From: Planctomycetota bacterium
Lineage (GTDB): Bacteria > Planctomycetota > GCA-002687715 > DRQF01
Reading direction: 5' to 3'
NCBI GenBank assembly: GCA_011369445.1
Contig: DRQF01000028.1
Span: 2,061-66,060 of the forward strand
Length of the DNA: 64,000 bases
In this document: positions 9,029-17,195 of the stretch, piece by piece
How the letters are laid out: each line of letters begins with the position of its first letter
Position numbering within the stretch: position 1 is the first letter of the stretch
Notes under the pieces: generated by a model
What the model saw: only the letters and a program-made list of their open reading frames with translations
The model's database searches: none
Told to the model about the DNA's origin: nothing
Made by a program: the position numbers and the translations under genes

Positions 9029-10203
9029 TGACCACGAACACGGGTCGCTCGCTGGAAGACATCCTGGAATTCGCCGAAACCCTCTACCACGACGCCGCAC
9101 TGAGCAGCGTGCGCGACTGGAAGAAGACGCATCCCGGTCGCATTGCCGTGGGCTCGATGCCCGTCTGGGCGCCGCGGGAGCTCATTCACGCGGCCGGGGG
9201 CCTACCCGTGTCTGTGATGGGGGGCGGCGACGACGTCGAGATCATCAAGGGGGATGCGTATTTCCAAAGTTACATCTGCCACATCCCGAGGAGCACCATC
9301 GAGATGGGGCTCAACGGGAGTCTCGATGTCCTCGACGGCATGATTTTCCCCAGTATTTGCGATGTGATCAGGAACCTGTCGGGGATGTGGAAGCTTCTGT
9401 TTCCCGAGAAGCCCGCGTGGTATCTGGACATGCCTCAGAGCTTCGACGAGATCGGGCGTTCGTTTTTTCGCGGCGAGCTCTTGCGGATCGGCAAGGAAAT
9501 GGGCGAGCTGGCCGGACACGAGATCACGGCCGAGGCCCTCAAGGAGTCGATTGCCGTTTTCGATCGCAACCGGGCCCTTCTCGAGAGACTGCAGGAACAC
9601 CGTCTGAATCGCCCGTGGATGTTTCCCATCAGCGAGGTCTGGTCGGTGATCAAGGCGGGCGGGTTCATCCCCATCGAGGAACATAACGATCTGATCGAGG
9701 AGTACATCGCCGCCGCCGAGGCGTCGGGAAGGCCGCCGATCGACAACGCGCGGGTCATTCTCGTCGGCAGTTTTTGCGAGCGGCCGCCGTTGAATCTCTT
9801 GAGGACTTTGGAACGGTCCGGCTGCTACGTCGTGGATGACGACCTCTCTTTGGGCTTTCGACTCATTCGCGGCTCCGTCGGAGCCGAGGGCGACCCCTAC
9901 CAGGCGTTGGCGGATGCCTTCGTGGAGCGCAGCCGAGAAGCCGCCTTCCTCTACAGGGAGGGGGAAAAGGGCAAGGAACTGGTTGCACGCGCCCGGGCGG
10001 CGCATGCGGAGGGCGTTCTCTTCTGCGCCCCGAGTTTCTGCGACCCGGCCCTTTTGGACCAACCGATGCTCGTCGAGGCCGTCGAGAAGGCTGGACTACC
10101 CTGGACGGCCTTCAAGTACGCCGAGAACACTGGACAGTTCCAGGTGATCCGAGAACAGGCCGGCACCTTCGCAGATTCCATCAAACTTTGGAGCGTGGCA
10201 TGA
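9025..10203 (+). CDS. bcrC: benzoyl-CoA reductase subunit C (HgdB/BcrC family)
   Basis: About 392 aa and 2-hydroxyacyl-CoA dehydratase/BcrC-like. It is first in a C-B-A-D order. The start is ambiguous (ATG 9013, 9025 or 9028); the GGAGG at 9015 favours 9025. Confidence 0.7.
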   Translation: MMTTNTGRSLEDILEFAETLYHDAALSSVRDWKKTHPGRIAVGSMPVWAPRELIHAAGGLPVSVMGGGDDVEIIKGDAYFQSYICHIPRSTIEMGLNGSLDVLDGMIFPSICDVIRNLSGMWKLLFPEKPAWYLDMPQSFDEIGRSFFRGELLRIGKEMGELAGHEITAEALKESIAVFDRNRALLERLQEHRLNRPWMFPISEVWSVIKAGGFIPIEEHNDLIEEYIAAAEASGRPPIDNARVILVGSFCERPPLNLLRTLERSGCYVVDDDLSLGFRLIRGSVGAEGDPYQALADAFVERSREAAFLYREGEKGKELVARARAAHAEGVLFCAPSFCDPALLDQPMLVEAVEKAGLPWTAFKYAENTGQFQVIREQAGTFADSIKLWSVA

Positions 10204-11495
10204 ACACGACCGCCAAGAAAGACCGGAGCATGGAGATTCAAAAGGCCATGCTCGCCCGCCACTACAAGCGCCTCGCCGAGGCCGACAAGACCGGCGACAA
10301 GTGCGCCTACACCTTCGTGCCGGGAAACCTCACGGAGCTCATGCACGTCTTCGATCTCTTGCCTGTCCTTCCGGAAATCAACGCGCTCCAAAGCGCCATG
10401 AGAAAAAAGTCGGCGGCGTACATCTCCACCGCGGAAAAGGGCGGACACTCGGAGGACGTCTGCACCTATGTCAAGTGCGACCTCGGGATGTCTCGATCGG
10501 GAAACCTGGGGCCCACGGGCGACCCGCTTCCCAAACCGTCCATTCTCCTGCTCTCCTACACGGGCTGCTTCACCTTCATGAAGTGGTTCGAGATCCTCCA
10601 GCGCGAATACGACTGTCCGATCGTGATGCTGCACGTGCCCTACCAAGCGGATGGCCGGCCCACGCCCGAGATGCGCCAGTACATCGTGAAGCAACTCGAA
10701 AAGAAGGTCATTCCGGCCCTCGAGGAGGCCTCGGGGAAACCCTTCGATATCGACAAACTCTCCGATCTCCTGAGGCTGTCGGCCCGCGCCGAAGAGGACT
10801 TTGTCCAGGTTCTGGATTCAGCGAAGCACAGGCCGTCTCCCATCGACGCCTACTTCGGCGGCGTCTACTACATCTCTCCTATCTTCACGGCCTTCCGAGG
10901 GACGGAGTCGGCCATCGAGTACTACGAAGCGTTGCGAGAAGAGGTCGAGGAGCGAGTCCGGCAGGGCCAGGGACCCATCACCCCCGAAGGCGAACTCATC
11001 GAGGAGAAATACCGCGTGGTCGTCGAGGGCCCTCCGAACTGGACTCACTTCCGGGACCTCTGGAAAATGTTCTATGACGAGGGTGCCGTGGTCGTGGCGT
11101 CCACATACACGAAGGTCGGCGGTCTGTATGACCAGGGATTCCGACACGATCCATCCCATCCGCTCGAGTCTCTCGCCGACTACTGTCTCGGTTGCTACAC
11201 GAACTTGAATCTACCGTCGCGCGTGGACCTGATTTCCAAGTACGTGAAGGATTTCGACGCGGATGGATTCCTCATCAACTCGGTCAAGAGCTGCAACTCC
11301 TTCAGTGCGGGACAACTTCTCATCCTGAAGGAGGTCGAAAAGCGCACGGGACGTGCCGGCGGATTCTTCGAATCGGACCTGGTCGACCCCAGATACTTCT
11401 CGGCGGCCAATATCAAGAACCGCCTCGAGTCCTACTTCCAGATGATCGAGCAGAAACGGAGTGCCGCCCAGCCGGCCGCGGGAGATGCCTCATGA
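10200..11495 (+). CDS. bcrB: benzoyl-CoA reductase subunit B (HgdA/BcrB family)
   Basis: 431 aa and HgdA/BcrB-like. Its ATG at 10200 overlaps the bcrC stop (ATGA), with a GGAG upstream. Confidence 0.7.
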   Translation: MNTTAKKDRSMEIQKAMLARHYKRLAEADKTGDKCAYTFVPGNLTELMHVFDLLPVLPEINALQSAMRKKSAAYISTAEKGGHSEDVCTYVKCDLGMSRSGNLGPTGDPLPKPSILLLSYTGCFTFMKWFEILQREYDCPIVMLHVPYQADGRPTPEMRQYIVKQLEKKVIPALEEASGKPFDIDKLSDLLRLSARAEEDFVQVLDSAKHRPSPIDAYFGGVYYISPIFTAFRGTESAIEYYEALREEVEERVRQGQGPITPEGELIEEKYRVVVEGPPNWTHFRDLWKMFYDEGAVVVASTYTKVGGLYDQGFRHDPSHPLESLADYCLGCYTNLNLPSRVDLISKYVKDFDADGFLINSVKSCNSFSAGQLLILKEVEKRTGRAGGFFESDLVDPRYFSAANIKNRLESYFQMIEQKRSAAQPAAGDAS

Positions 11496-12835
11496 GATGT
11501 TTCGTCGGAATCGATCTCGGCTCCACGACGACCAAGGCCGTCGTGATCGACGAGGATGAGCGGCTGCTCGGCCGGGGGATCACCAACAGCCGCAGCAACT
11601 ATGATGTCGCCTGTGCCATCGCTCGCGCGGAGGCCTTCATCAACGCGCGGTTCGCCCTGTTCGAGGAGGCGTTGGCCGAAGCGGGCCTCGAGGAGGACCG
11701 CCGAACCAGCCTCGCGAAGAATCTTCTGCTGTCGTTCCGCAAGCGCCAGCATCTCGTGCAGCACGACGCCCTCGCCCAAACGATGATGGGCCTCCTCGAG
11801 GATACGCGCTACGACGGCCTCCGAAGCGAACTCTCGCACGTGCTTTCCACCATCATCGAGGGCATGTCGGCGGACATTCCGGATCTCTTCGCCCCGGGGG
11901 CGAAGCGCAAGTCGGACTTCTTTCGCGACGTCGCTTCCAGCTCGTTCATGCGGCGGGCCGAGGCGGTGCGGTCCGACGAGATCGGGTTCGATGTCCTGAT
12001 GGGGCTCTTCGACAAGTCCATCATCCAGGTCGAGAACTCCGAACTGGACATCTCATTCGAGTCCAACATCCGGCCCGCTTTGGAAGAGGTCTTGGAGACG
12101 AAGAGCGGCGAACTCGGTGCGGAGGCGTCGCGAATACAGGAGGCTCTCGATCGCGTGGCGGCCATCGATCTCGAGTGCGTGAATTCCGTCGGGACGGGCT
12201 ATGGCAGGACAAAGCTTCCGTTCCGCAAGGAGCAGATCCGCTCGGAGATCCTCTGTCACGGTCTGGGCGCACATTGGATGTTTCCCGATACGCGGACGGT
12301 GTTGGATATCGGAGGCCAGGATACGAAAGCGATCCAAGTCGACAGCCAGGGCATCGTCACGAGTTTCCAGATGAACGATCGCTGTGCCGCCGGTTGCGGC
12401 CGGTATCTCGGATACATCGCCGACGAGATGAATCTGGGGTTGCACGAACTGGGACCTCTCGCCCAGAAGTCCAAGCGACAGATCAAGATCACATCCACGT
12501 GCACGGTCTTCGCCGGAGCGGAACTGCGGGACCGGCTGACCCTTGGCGACAAGCGGGAGGACATCCTTGCGGGCCTCCATCGAGCCATGATGCTCCGAGC
12601 CATGTCGCTTCTTGCCCGATCGGGTGGCGTGGACGACGAATTCACATTCACTGGTGGAGTCGCGAAGAATCCCGCCAGCGTGGACGCACTGCGCAAGCTC
12701 GTGCGCGAGAACTATGGTGAGCGAACCCTCAACATCTCCCCGGATTCCATCTACACCGGCGCCATCGGAGCAGCGCTGTTCGCCAACCGGGATGCGGCGA
12801 GAGCCGAGGCAACCCCCTGCGGAGCGGAACAATGA
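11492..12835 (+). CDS. bcrA: benzoyl-CoA reductase subunit A (BadF/BadG/BcrA/BcrD ATPase)
   Basis: Begins MRCFVGIDLGSTTTKAVV (acetate/sugar kinase-type ATPase N-terminus). Carries the NDRCAAGCGRYL and STCTVFAGAE cluster-ligand motifs. 447 aa. ATGA overlap with bcrB. Confidence 0.8.
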   Translation: MRCFVGIDLGSTTTKAVVIDEDERLLGRGITNSRSNYDVACAIARAEAFINARFALFEEALAEAGLEEDRRTSLAKNLLLSFRKRQHLVQHDALAQTMMGLLEDTRYDGLRSELSHVLSTIIEGMSADIPDLFAPGAKRKSDFFRDVASSSFMRRAEAVRSDEIGFDVLMGLFDKSIIQVENSELDISFESNIRPALEEVLETKSGELGAEASRIQEALDRVAAIDLECVNSVGTGYGRTKLPFRKEQIRSEILCHGLGAHWMFPDTRTVLDIGGQDTKAIQVDSQGIVTSFQMNDRCAAGCGRYLGYIADEMNLGLHELGPLAQKSKRQIKITSTCTVFAGAELRDRLTLGDKREDILAGLHRAMMLRAMSLLARSGGVDDEFTFTGGVAKNPASVDALRKLVRENYGERTLNISPDSIYTGAIGAALFANRDAARAEATPCGAEQ

Positions 12836-13689
12836 CGAAGACTGTCGGCATCGATGTGGGCTCCAGCACGGTGAAATGCGTCGTGATGGAAGGAGAGGGG
12901 CAGGAGGCTCGCATCCTGGCGAAGATCTCGGAGCGAGTGCGGAGACGCAATCCTGTCTCGGTGATACGGGAGTGTCTTCAGATCGTCTTGGATCAGGCGG
13001 GTTTGTCTCGCGCGGACGTGGACTACATCGCGACCACCGGCGAAGGGGAGTTGGTGCCGGACCGCACGGGGCACTTCTACAGCATGACCGCGCACAGTCG
13101 TGGAGGTCTGTATCTCGAGCCGGAGGCTCGCGCCGTGTTGGACGTGGGGGCTCTCCATGCCCGGGCGATTCTCATGGACGATCGGGCCAAGGTGCTCAGC
13201 TACCGCATGACGAGCCAATGCGCGTCCGGTTCCGGTCAATTCGTGGAGAACATATCGCGTTATCTCGGGGTGGCCTTGGACGAGGTTGGCGAACTCTCGA
13301 AGAGCGCGGAGAAGCCCGAGAAGTGCTCCAGCATCTGCGCCGTGCTGGCTGAGACCGACGTGATCAACATGGTGTCGCGAGGAATCGCGATCCCGGACAT
13401 CCTCAAGGGGATTCATCTCTCGATGGCCGGACGTCTCGTCAAGCTGCTTCAGTCCGCGAAGGTGGACGACACGGTACTCATGACCGGTGGACTCTCCGCG
13501 GATGCGGGACTCGTGGCGGCCGTCGAGGAGATTCTGAAGGACGAAAAGAGAGACTACGACGTCAGGACTCATCCCGATTCGATCTTGGCTGGCGCCATCG
13601 GGGCGGCCCTTTGGGGAGCCTTCCGACACCGGGTCCTCAAGGAGCGTGGCGATGCACTGATCGGAGACCGCGGCGGGATCGAGGCGTGA
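12832..13689 (+). CDS. bcrD: benzoyl-CoA reductase subunit D (BadF/BadG/BcrA/BcrD ATPase)
   Basis: Has VGIDVGSSTVKCVV, SQCASGSGQF and SSICAVLAETDV. 285 aa. This is a second, non-identical ATPase subunit. ATGA overlap with bcrA. Confidence 0.8.
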   Translation: MTKTVGIDVGSSTVKCVVMEGEGQEARILAKISERVRRRNPVSVIRECLQIVLDQAGLSRADVDYIATTGEGELVPDRTGHFYSMTAHSRGGLYLEPEARAVLDVGALHARAILMDDRAKVLSYRMTSQCASGSGQFVENISRYLGVALDEVGELSKSAEKPEKCSSICAVLAETDVINMVSRGIAIPDILKGIHLSMAGRLVKLLQSAKVDDTVLMTGGLSADAGLVAAVEEILKDEKRDYDVRTHPDSILAGAIGAALWGAFRHRVLKERGDALIGDRGGIEA

Positions 13690-14405
13690 CGTCGAAAGAG
13701 CCCTCGAACGCCCCCGTGACCGTCGTGACCGGCGCCGCCTCGGGAATCGGCCTGGCCGTGGCGACGATGCTTCGTGCGCGGGGGGACTGCGTCGTCGGTC
13801 TGGATTGCCGCCCGGCGCACGACGATGAGGGCTCGATCCTCGCGTGCGATGTGACGGACACGGCTTCGGTGGCGGCTGCATTCCTCGAGATCGACGGCCT
13901 GGACCGACCCTTGCGGGGCCTCGTGCAGTGCGCTGGCATCACCCGGGACGGCGTCCTTTGGAAGATGGACGATGAGGCGTGGGAGAGCGTCCTTCGCGTC
14001 AACCTGACCGGTGCGTTCAAGGTTCTGCGAGAGGCCATCCCCAGGATGCGCGCCGCGGGCGGGGGATCGGTCGTCCACATCACGTCGATCAACGGGGTGC
14101 GAGGAAAGTTCGGGCAGACCAACTACTCGGCGTCGAAGGCCGGCCTGATCGGGCTCACGAAGTCGGCCGCCCGGGAAGTGGGGGCTTTCGGCATACGGGT
14201 GAATGCTGTTGCGCCCGGGCTGGTGCGGACTGCGATGACCGAGGGACTCCCCGAGGAGGCCCGAGAACGGGCCCTGAGCGAGACTGTGCTCGGGCGCGTC
14301 GCCGAACCTTCAGACGTGGCCGCGGTCGTTTGCTTCCTCCTCTCGGATGCGGCGCGCCACGTCACGGGCGTGGTGCTGAACGTCGACGGCGGGCAAGACA
14401 TTTGA
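13686..14405 (+). CDS. short-chain dehydrogenase/reductase (FabG/BadH-like)
   Basis: Has TGAASGIGLA, NYSASKAG and a classical SDR layout. Its GTG at 13686 overlaps the bcrD stop (GTGA). The longer ORF from 13611 would overlap bcrD by 79 nt. Confidence 0.8.
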   Translation: MTSKEPSNAPVTVVTGAASGIGLAVATMLRARGDCVVGLDCRPAHDDEGSILACDVTDTASVAAAFLEIDGLDRPLRGLVQCAGITRDGVLWKMDDEAWESVLRVNLTGAFKVLREAIPRMRAAGGGSVVHITSINGVRGKFGQTNYSASKAGLIGLTKSAAREVGAFGIRVNAVAPGLVRTAMTEGLPEEARERALSETVLGRVAEPSDVAAVVCFLLSDAARHVTGVVLNVDGGQDI

Positions 14406-14423
14406 GATGTGAAAGGCTGAGCA

Positions 14424-14909
14424 ATGACTGAACTCGAAAACGAAGACATGATCGCGGAATACGATCGCATCGTCGTACGAACCCTTGAACCCGCGGACCT
14501 GGACGCCATGGTCAGGATCGACGCCAAGATCACGGGCCGCAGCCGCCGCGATTACTTCCAGCTCAAGCTCGACGAAGCTCTGCGTGACAGTCGCGTGAGG
14601 GTCTCCTTGGGCGCCGAAGTGGACGGTCTGCTCGCGGGCTTTCTCATGGGGCGGCTGTGGTTCGGTGAGTTCGGCGTCGCGGAACCCGTGGCGACTCTGG
14701 ACACGATAGGTGTGGACCCGGACCGTCCCCGTTGCGGCATCGGCTCGGCACTCATGCGGCAGTTCATGACGAATCTGCGCGGCATGGGCGTGGAGCGTCT
14801 GCAAACCCAGGCGGAGTGGAACGAGTGGGGGCTGCTCCACTTCCTCGAGTCGTTCGGATTCCAACCTCGCCCACGTCTTCACCTCGAAACCCGCATCGAT
14901 CAGCGGTAG
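14424..14909 (+). CDS. GNAT family N-acetyltransferase
   Basis: 161 aa with a GNAT core (IGVDPDRPRCGIGSALM..). It starts 18 nt downstream of the SDR on the same strand. Confidence 0.75.
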   Translation: MTELENEDMIAEYDRIVVRTLEPADLDAMVRIDAKITGRSRRDYFQLKLDEALRDSRVRVSLGAEVDGLLAGFLMGRLWFGEFGVAEPVATLDTIGVDPDRPRCGIGSALMRQFMTNLRGMGVERLQTQAEWNEWGLLHFLESFGFQPRPRLHLETRIDQR

Positions 14910-14931
14910 AGAGGTCGGGGAGGGCATAAGC

Positions 14932-16545
14932 CTACTCGACGCGCAGACTCGGTCGGCGCGCGGTCTGTTTCTCAATCCGCTCCAATTCCACGCGCAGAAG
15001 GGTCACGGGCGCCCCTCGGATGGCCAGGCGAAAATCCGCGGCTCCGTTCTCGCGGTTGGTGAATCGCGAGTCCGGCAGCGTCCATACGAGGCGCTTGCGC
15101 TCAGAAATCCCACGGGGAAACTGGTGGGCCGGGGCCTGGGAGTACGCCCCGTTCAGGGGAGCTAATTTGTTCCACCCGTCGTAGTGCAAGGTCACTTTGG
15201 CGCCGCCCTCGCTCGCCAGCTCGACCACGATGCGGGTCGACCCCAAGTCTCGATAGAGGAATTCGTCCGCGATTCCGAAGTACAGGTAGCTGACTCCGCC
15301 GGGAGGCGTCGCACTGCGGAGAACGGACTTCCCGGCCACCGTCTCCCGTTTCACGAGGCCGTCGGGCTGTGAGATGAGTCGAATCCCCTCACCGAGGAGG
15401 TCCTTGCCCGCTCGGCTCGCATCGAACGCGACCCGAGTTTGTCCTCTCCTCGGCCGGAACCAGCCTCTGTCCGGCCGGGGGATCGGGTTCGGGTGGACGA
15501 GTCGCACGAGCCGATTGACGTCGGGGAGGATGTGACGCTTCAACCTCTTCACGTAGCGCCGCGTCAGTTCGATGTAGGAATCTCCGAACTCAACACAGGG
15601 GGCGATGCCCGTTCCCTCGTGGAACTCGTTCCACGTCTCGATGAACACCAAGGTGGGGTTCGAGAGAAGAGCTTTCTGCCACGACCACTCATAGAACCGT
15701 CCACCCTCGCGGTCGCGGATCGGAGTTCCCCGACCGGGGACCTTCGTGTCGTTGTACCCGGGCCCGATCGTCGTGACGATGCTGTCGCCGGTGGGACCTG
15801 TCAGGGCGGCGCCCCAGCGATATCTCGCATGAGAATTGACGTTCCAAGAGGCTTCGGCGACGAAGAAAGGGCGTTTTTTGAAAGTCACGAAGAAACGATC
15901 GCTGACCTCGTCGAGGAGGTCCTTCGGGTGCGGGGCGCCGAACGATGCGTAAAGGACGATCACCGGAAAGCCGTCCAACTCGAACCACATCGACTTCGGC
16001 ACCTTCTCGAAGAACTGGAGGATCGTATCCCCGAAGATCTTGCGCGGACCCGGTGTCCTCAGGTCCAAGGTGCCATCGGCCTCCTCGCCGCGGACCGAGT
16101 GCAGAAGGGTCGAGGTGTCGTAGAACATGCCGATACGAGGCGGGGCGCCTCCTTCCTTTCGGATCGTGCGGGCAGCTTCGACGATGGCGGCCAATCCCTT
16201 GTCCGAGAAGTCGTCGGGGCGCTTCTTGTCGGGGATTCCCCAGTAGACCGGCAGCAAGAAGTCGAGGCCGGCGTCGATCATGGCGTCGAGCTGCTCTCTG
16301 TGCCATGCCGGGTCCGCGTAGTCGACGGACTCAGGATCCTTGAAATGCTGGAAGAGGCCGTCGGAGCCGTCCTCGTTCGTGAAGTGCTGGTCCGGGTGGC
16401 GATACCAGTAGAAGTAGTACGCGCCCACCTGGGGGACGACCTTCTTCGACGGGCGGCCGTCGCGTTCCGTGGGGCTGTCCTGGGATGCGGCGAACAGGAC
16501 GGAGCCGATCAAGGTCAACGCGAGCAGCGACAGGGCGACTCTCAT
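14932..16545 (-). CDS. secreted glycoside hydrolase family 99-like protein with C-terminal extra domain
   Basis: Signal peptide MRVALSLLALTLIGSVLFAAS and an AAGGAG RBS. YYFYWY.., VYWGIP, GPGYNDTKV and IETWNEFHEGTGIAP resemble the GH99/DUF5010 (NEWHEGT) fold. Confidence 0.55.
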   Translation of the reverse strand: MRVALSLLALTLIGSVLFAASQDSPTERDGRPSKKVVPQVGAYYFYWYRHPDQHFTNEDGSDGLFQHFKDPESVDYADPAWHREQLDAMIDAGLDFLLPVYWGIPDKKRPDDFSDKGLAAIVEAARTIRKEGGAPPRIGMFYDTSTLLHSVRGEEADGTLDLRTPGPRKIFGDTILQFFEKVPKSMWFELDGFPVIVLYASFGAPHPKDLLDEVSDRFFVTFKKRPFFVAEASWNVNSHARYRWGAALTGPTGDSIVTTIGPGYNDTKVPGRGTPIRDREGGRFYEWSWQKALLSNPTLVFIETWNEFHEGTGIAPCVEFGDSYIELTRRYVKRLKRHILPDVNRLVRLVHPNPIPRPDRGWFRPRRGQTRVAFDASRAGKDLLGEGIRLISQPDGLVKRETVAGKSVLRSATPPGGVSYLYFGIADEFLYRDLGSTRIVVELASEGGAKVTLHYDGWNKLAPLNGAYSQAPAHQFPRGISERKRLVWTLPDSRFTNRENGAADFRLAIRGAPVTLLRVELERIEKQTARRPSLRVE

Positions 16546-16556
16546 CGGGGAACTCC

Positions 16557-17195
16557 TTACAGCGAGGGCTCGGGCGGGAGCGCCGGATGCAGAGGTACGA
16601 GGATTCGAGCCAGAGACATGAACACGTGGAGGAAGACACCCAGTCCGCCGAAGAGAAAGACGAGTCCAGGTTTGTGATTCTTGCGGGGAATTCGAACGCT
16701 ATCCTCCTGAGAGGATCCGATTTCCAACAGCGGTTCGGCGTCCAAGAAGTCGGCGTCCGCGCCTGTCAGGCGGGCGGTGAGTTCATACCGGCGCCCCTCG
16801 ACGGCTCTCCAAGAGCCCTTGGCCAGGACGAAATATCCCTCGTCATTCCGTGTGAAGACCGACAGGACGTTGTCGAGACCCGGTCCGGCGTTCCAAAGGA
16901 CCTCGTTGCGCTTGGTGTCCAGGAGCGCTATCGAAAGGCCCGAGCCCTTCTCCTCAACCCAAGCCGCCGAGGACTCGTCTCCCCGGAGCACCAGGCGAAC
17001 CGGGACGTCCAGATCGTCGGGGGCCACGGCGGCTATGGTCTGGGGCCCCTCCTCGGTCCACCCGATCCGTGCGGGGGGGAATGTGGAGGGACGGGCGTCT
17101 TCTCGGGCGAAGCTCAGCTTACCGGACCAGATTCCACCTGCGATAAGAGCGATCCAGGAAGCGAGAACGAAAGCTCTCCAGATGATTCGCTTCAT
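16557..17195 (-). CDS. hypothetical bitopic membrane protein
   Basis: N-terminal TM (FVLASWIALIAGGIW) and C-terminal TM (LVFLFGGLGVFLHVF). Its start overlaps the upstream stop (ATGA). Confidence 0.55.
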   Translation of the reverse strand: MKRIIWRAFVLASWIALIAGGIWSGKLSFAREDARPSTFPPARIGWTEEGPQTIAAVAPDDLDVPVRLVLRGDESSAAWVEEKGSGLSIALLDTKRNEVLWNAGPGLDNVLSVFTRNDEGYFVLAKGSWRAVEGRRYELTARLTGADADFLDAEPLLEIGSSQEDSVRIPRKNHKPGLVFLFGGLGVFLHVFMSLARILVPLHPALPPEPSL

